From: Azolla caroliniana | Taxonomy: Eukaryota; Plantae; Polypodiophyta | Direction of reading: 5' to 3' | Assembly (NCBI GenBank): GCA_043228905.1 | Contig: JBHGNT010000002.1 | Coordinates: 1,984,001-2,048,000, forward strand | Length of the DNA: 64,000 nucleotides | Part shown: piece by piece, positions 63,185-64,000 of the stretch | How the letters are laid out: every line of letters starts with the position of its first letter | Position numbering within the stretch: position 1 is the first letter of the stretch | The notes under the pieces: model-generated | What the model saw: the letters and a program-made list of their open reading frames with translations, nothing else | What the model was told of the DNA's origin: nothing | The model's database searches: none | Made by a program: the position numbers and the translations under genes

Positions 63185-64000
63185 TGTTAGATATAATCAA
63201 TGATCAGCTCGAAGTTGTAAATCTATCCCCATATGTGCTCTTTGAGTGCAAATTTTGTGATAGCGCCCCAAATGAGGAGCGACTAGTGTGCAACTCGACC
63301 ATATGGGTCGATAAGGTGTTAATCTAGGGAACCGTAGATGCGTAGGACACAATGTATTTAGGAAAGAGCGAAATAGTAATAGGATTGGCTAATCAAGTCA
63401 ACTAGAATATTTTGTGGGCAAGTTACGATGTACTTAGTCTTGAAGTATGTGCCATTGACTTCAAGATAAGTATTATCTAGCTCTAGCCTATATCTAGGGA
63501 GTTGGGTCATATTAAATGACAAGTTAGTTGACAGAAAAGGAATATCTCCACTACTATCAACTGACTTGCACATTTAATGTTATACTCAGACCAAATGTAG
63601 AATATAATCCACTTTCTTACACAGTGGTTGGATTGATCATCAGTCCCCACTAATTTTGTAGTGAGCTGGTCCAGATCCCATCTAAGCTCTAAAGTGTGAG
63701 TGCATGGGTGAACTACCATTGTGAGTTACTTTCATATGTAATAGAAGTTTTGTTTTCATATATCCATCTTTGTGGTTGTAACTCTATATACCTATCTAAT
63801 CGATTCTCAATATTTCTAACATGGTATCAAAGTTGAGAGGTTGATCTAGATTAAGTATATACAGGTAGTTGTTGTCTAGCAGCACAGAGAGAGAGAGAGA
63901 GAGTATCAATGGCCTTGTCCATGAATGTTGCAGTTGCTCCACTGCACATTCGGCCACCTCCATTGGCTGATGGAAAGCTAGATGGAACCAACTACACTCT
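63185..64000 (+). mobile_element. 5' end of a Copia element in intron 2 of the RNFT-like gene: LTR 63185-63821, PBS from 63822, gag from ATG 63909
   Basis: TGTTAGA...TCTAACA LTR with matching terminal inverted repeats, PBS TGGTATCAAAG, and gag motif KLDGTNYTL. Confidence 0.85.

Overview
Eukaryotic land-plant nuclear DNA. It is probably a non-seed plant such as a fern; this is inferred only from the retrotransposon types and gene style. There are four host genes: an intronless, divergent citrate synthase (2284-3795 +), a 7-exon C2H2 zinc-finger/DEDDh RNA exonuclease (8001-10979 +), a convergent 7-coding-exon plant DYRKP-type kinase (19139-12682 -), and the first two exons of an RNFT1/2-like RING-transmembrane E3 gene (61264 onward, +), which has a Copia element starting in its second intron. 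A ~2 kb long-TIR DNA-transposon relic lies at 5402-7426. From ~30.6 to 58.5 kb there is a nested LTR-retrotransposon cluster. An old Copia is split by a 2.1 kb non-autonomous chromovirus (TSD GAAAC) and by a chromovirus (TSD TCTGG). That chromovirus in turn carries a young, open-frame Copia (TSD CAATA). Further Copia and Gypsy fragments follow. The most notable observations are the citrate synthase retrocopy with an intact catalytic triad but altered pocket residues, tRNA-like Pol III A/B-box cassettes inside the LTRs of two different chromoviruses, an inverted LTR end joined into its own LTR, and an RNase H active-site Asp-to-Asn change in the otherwise intact Copia. All calls were made by eye, without database searches.
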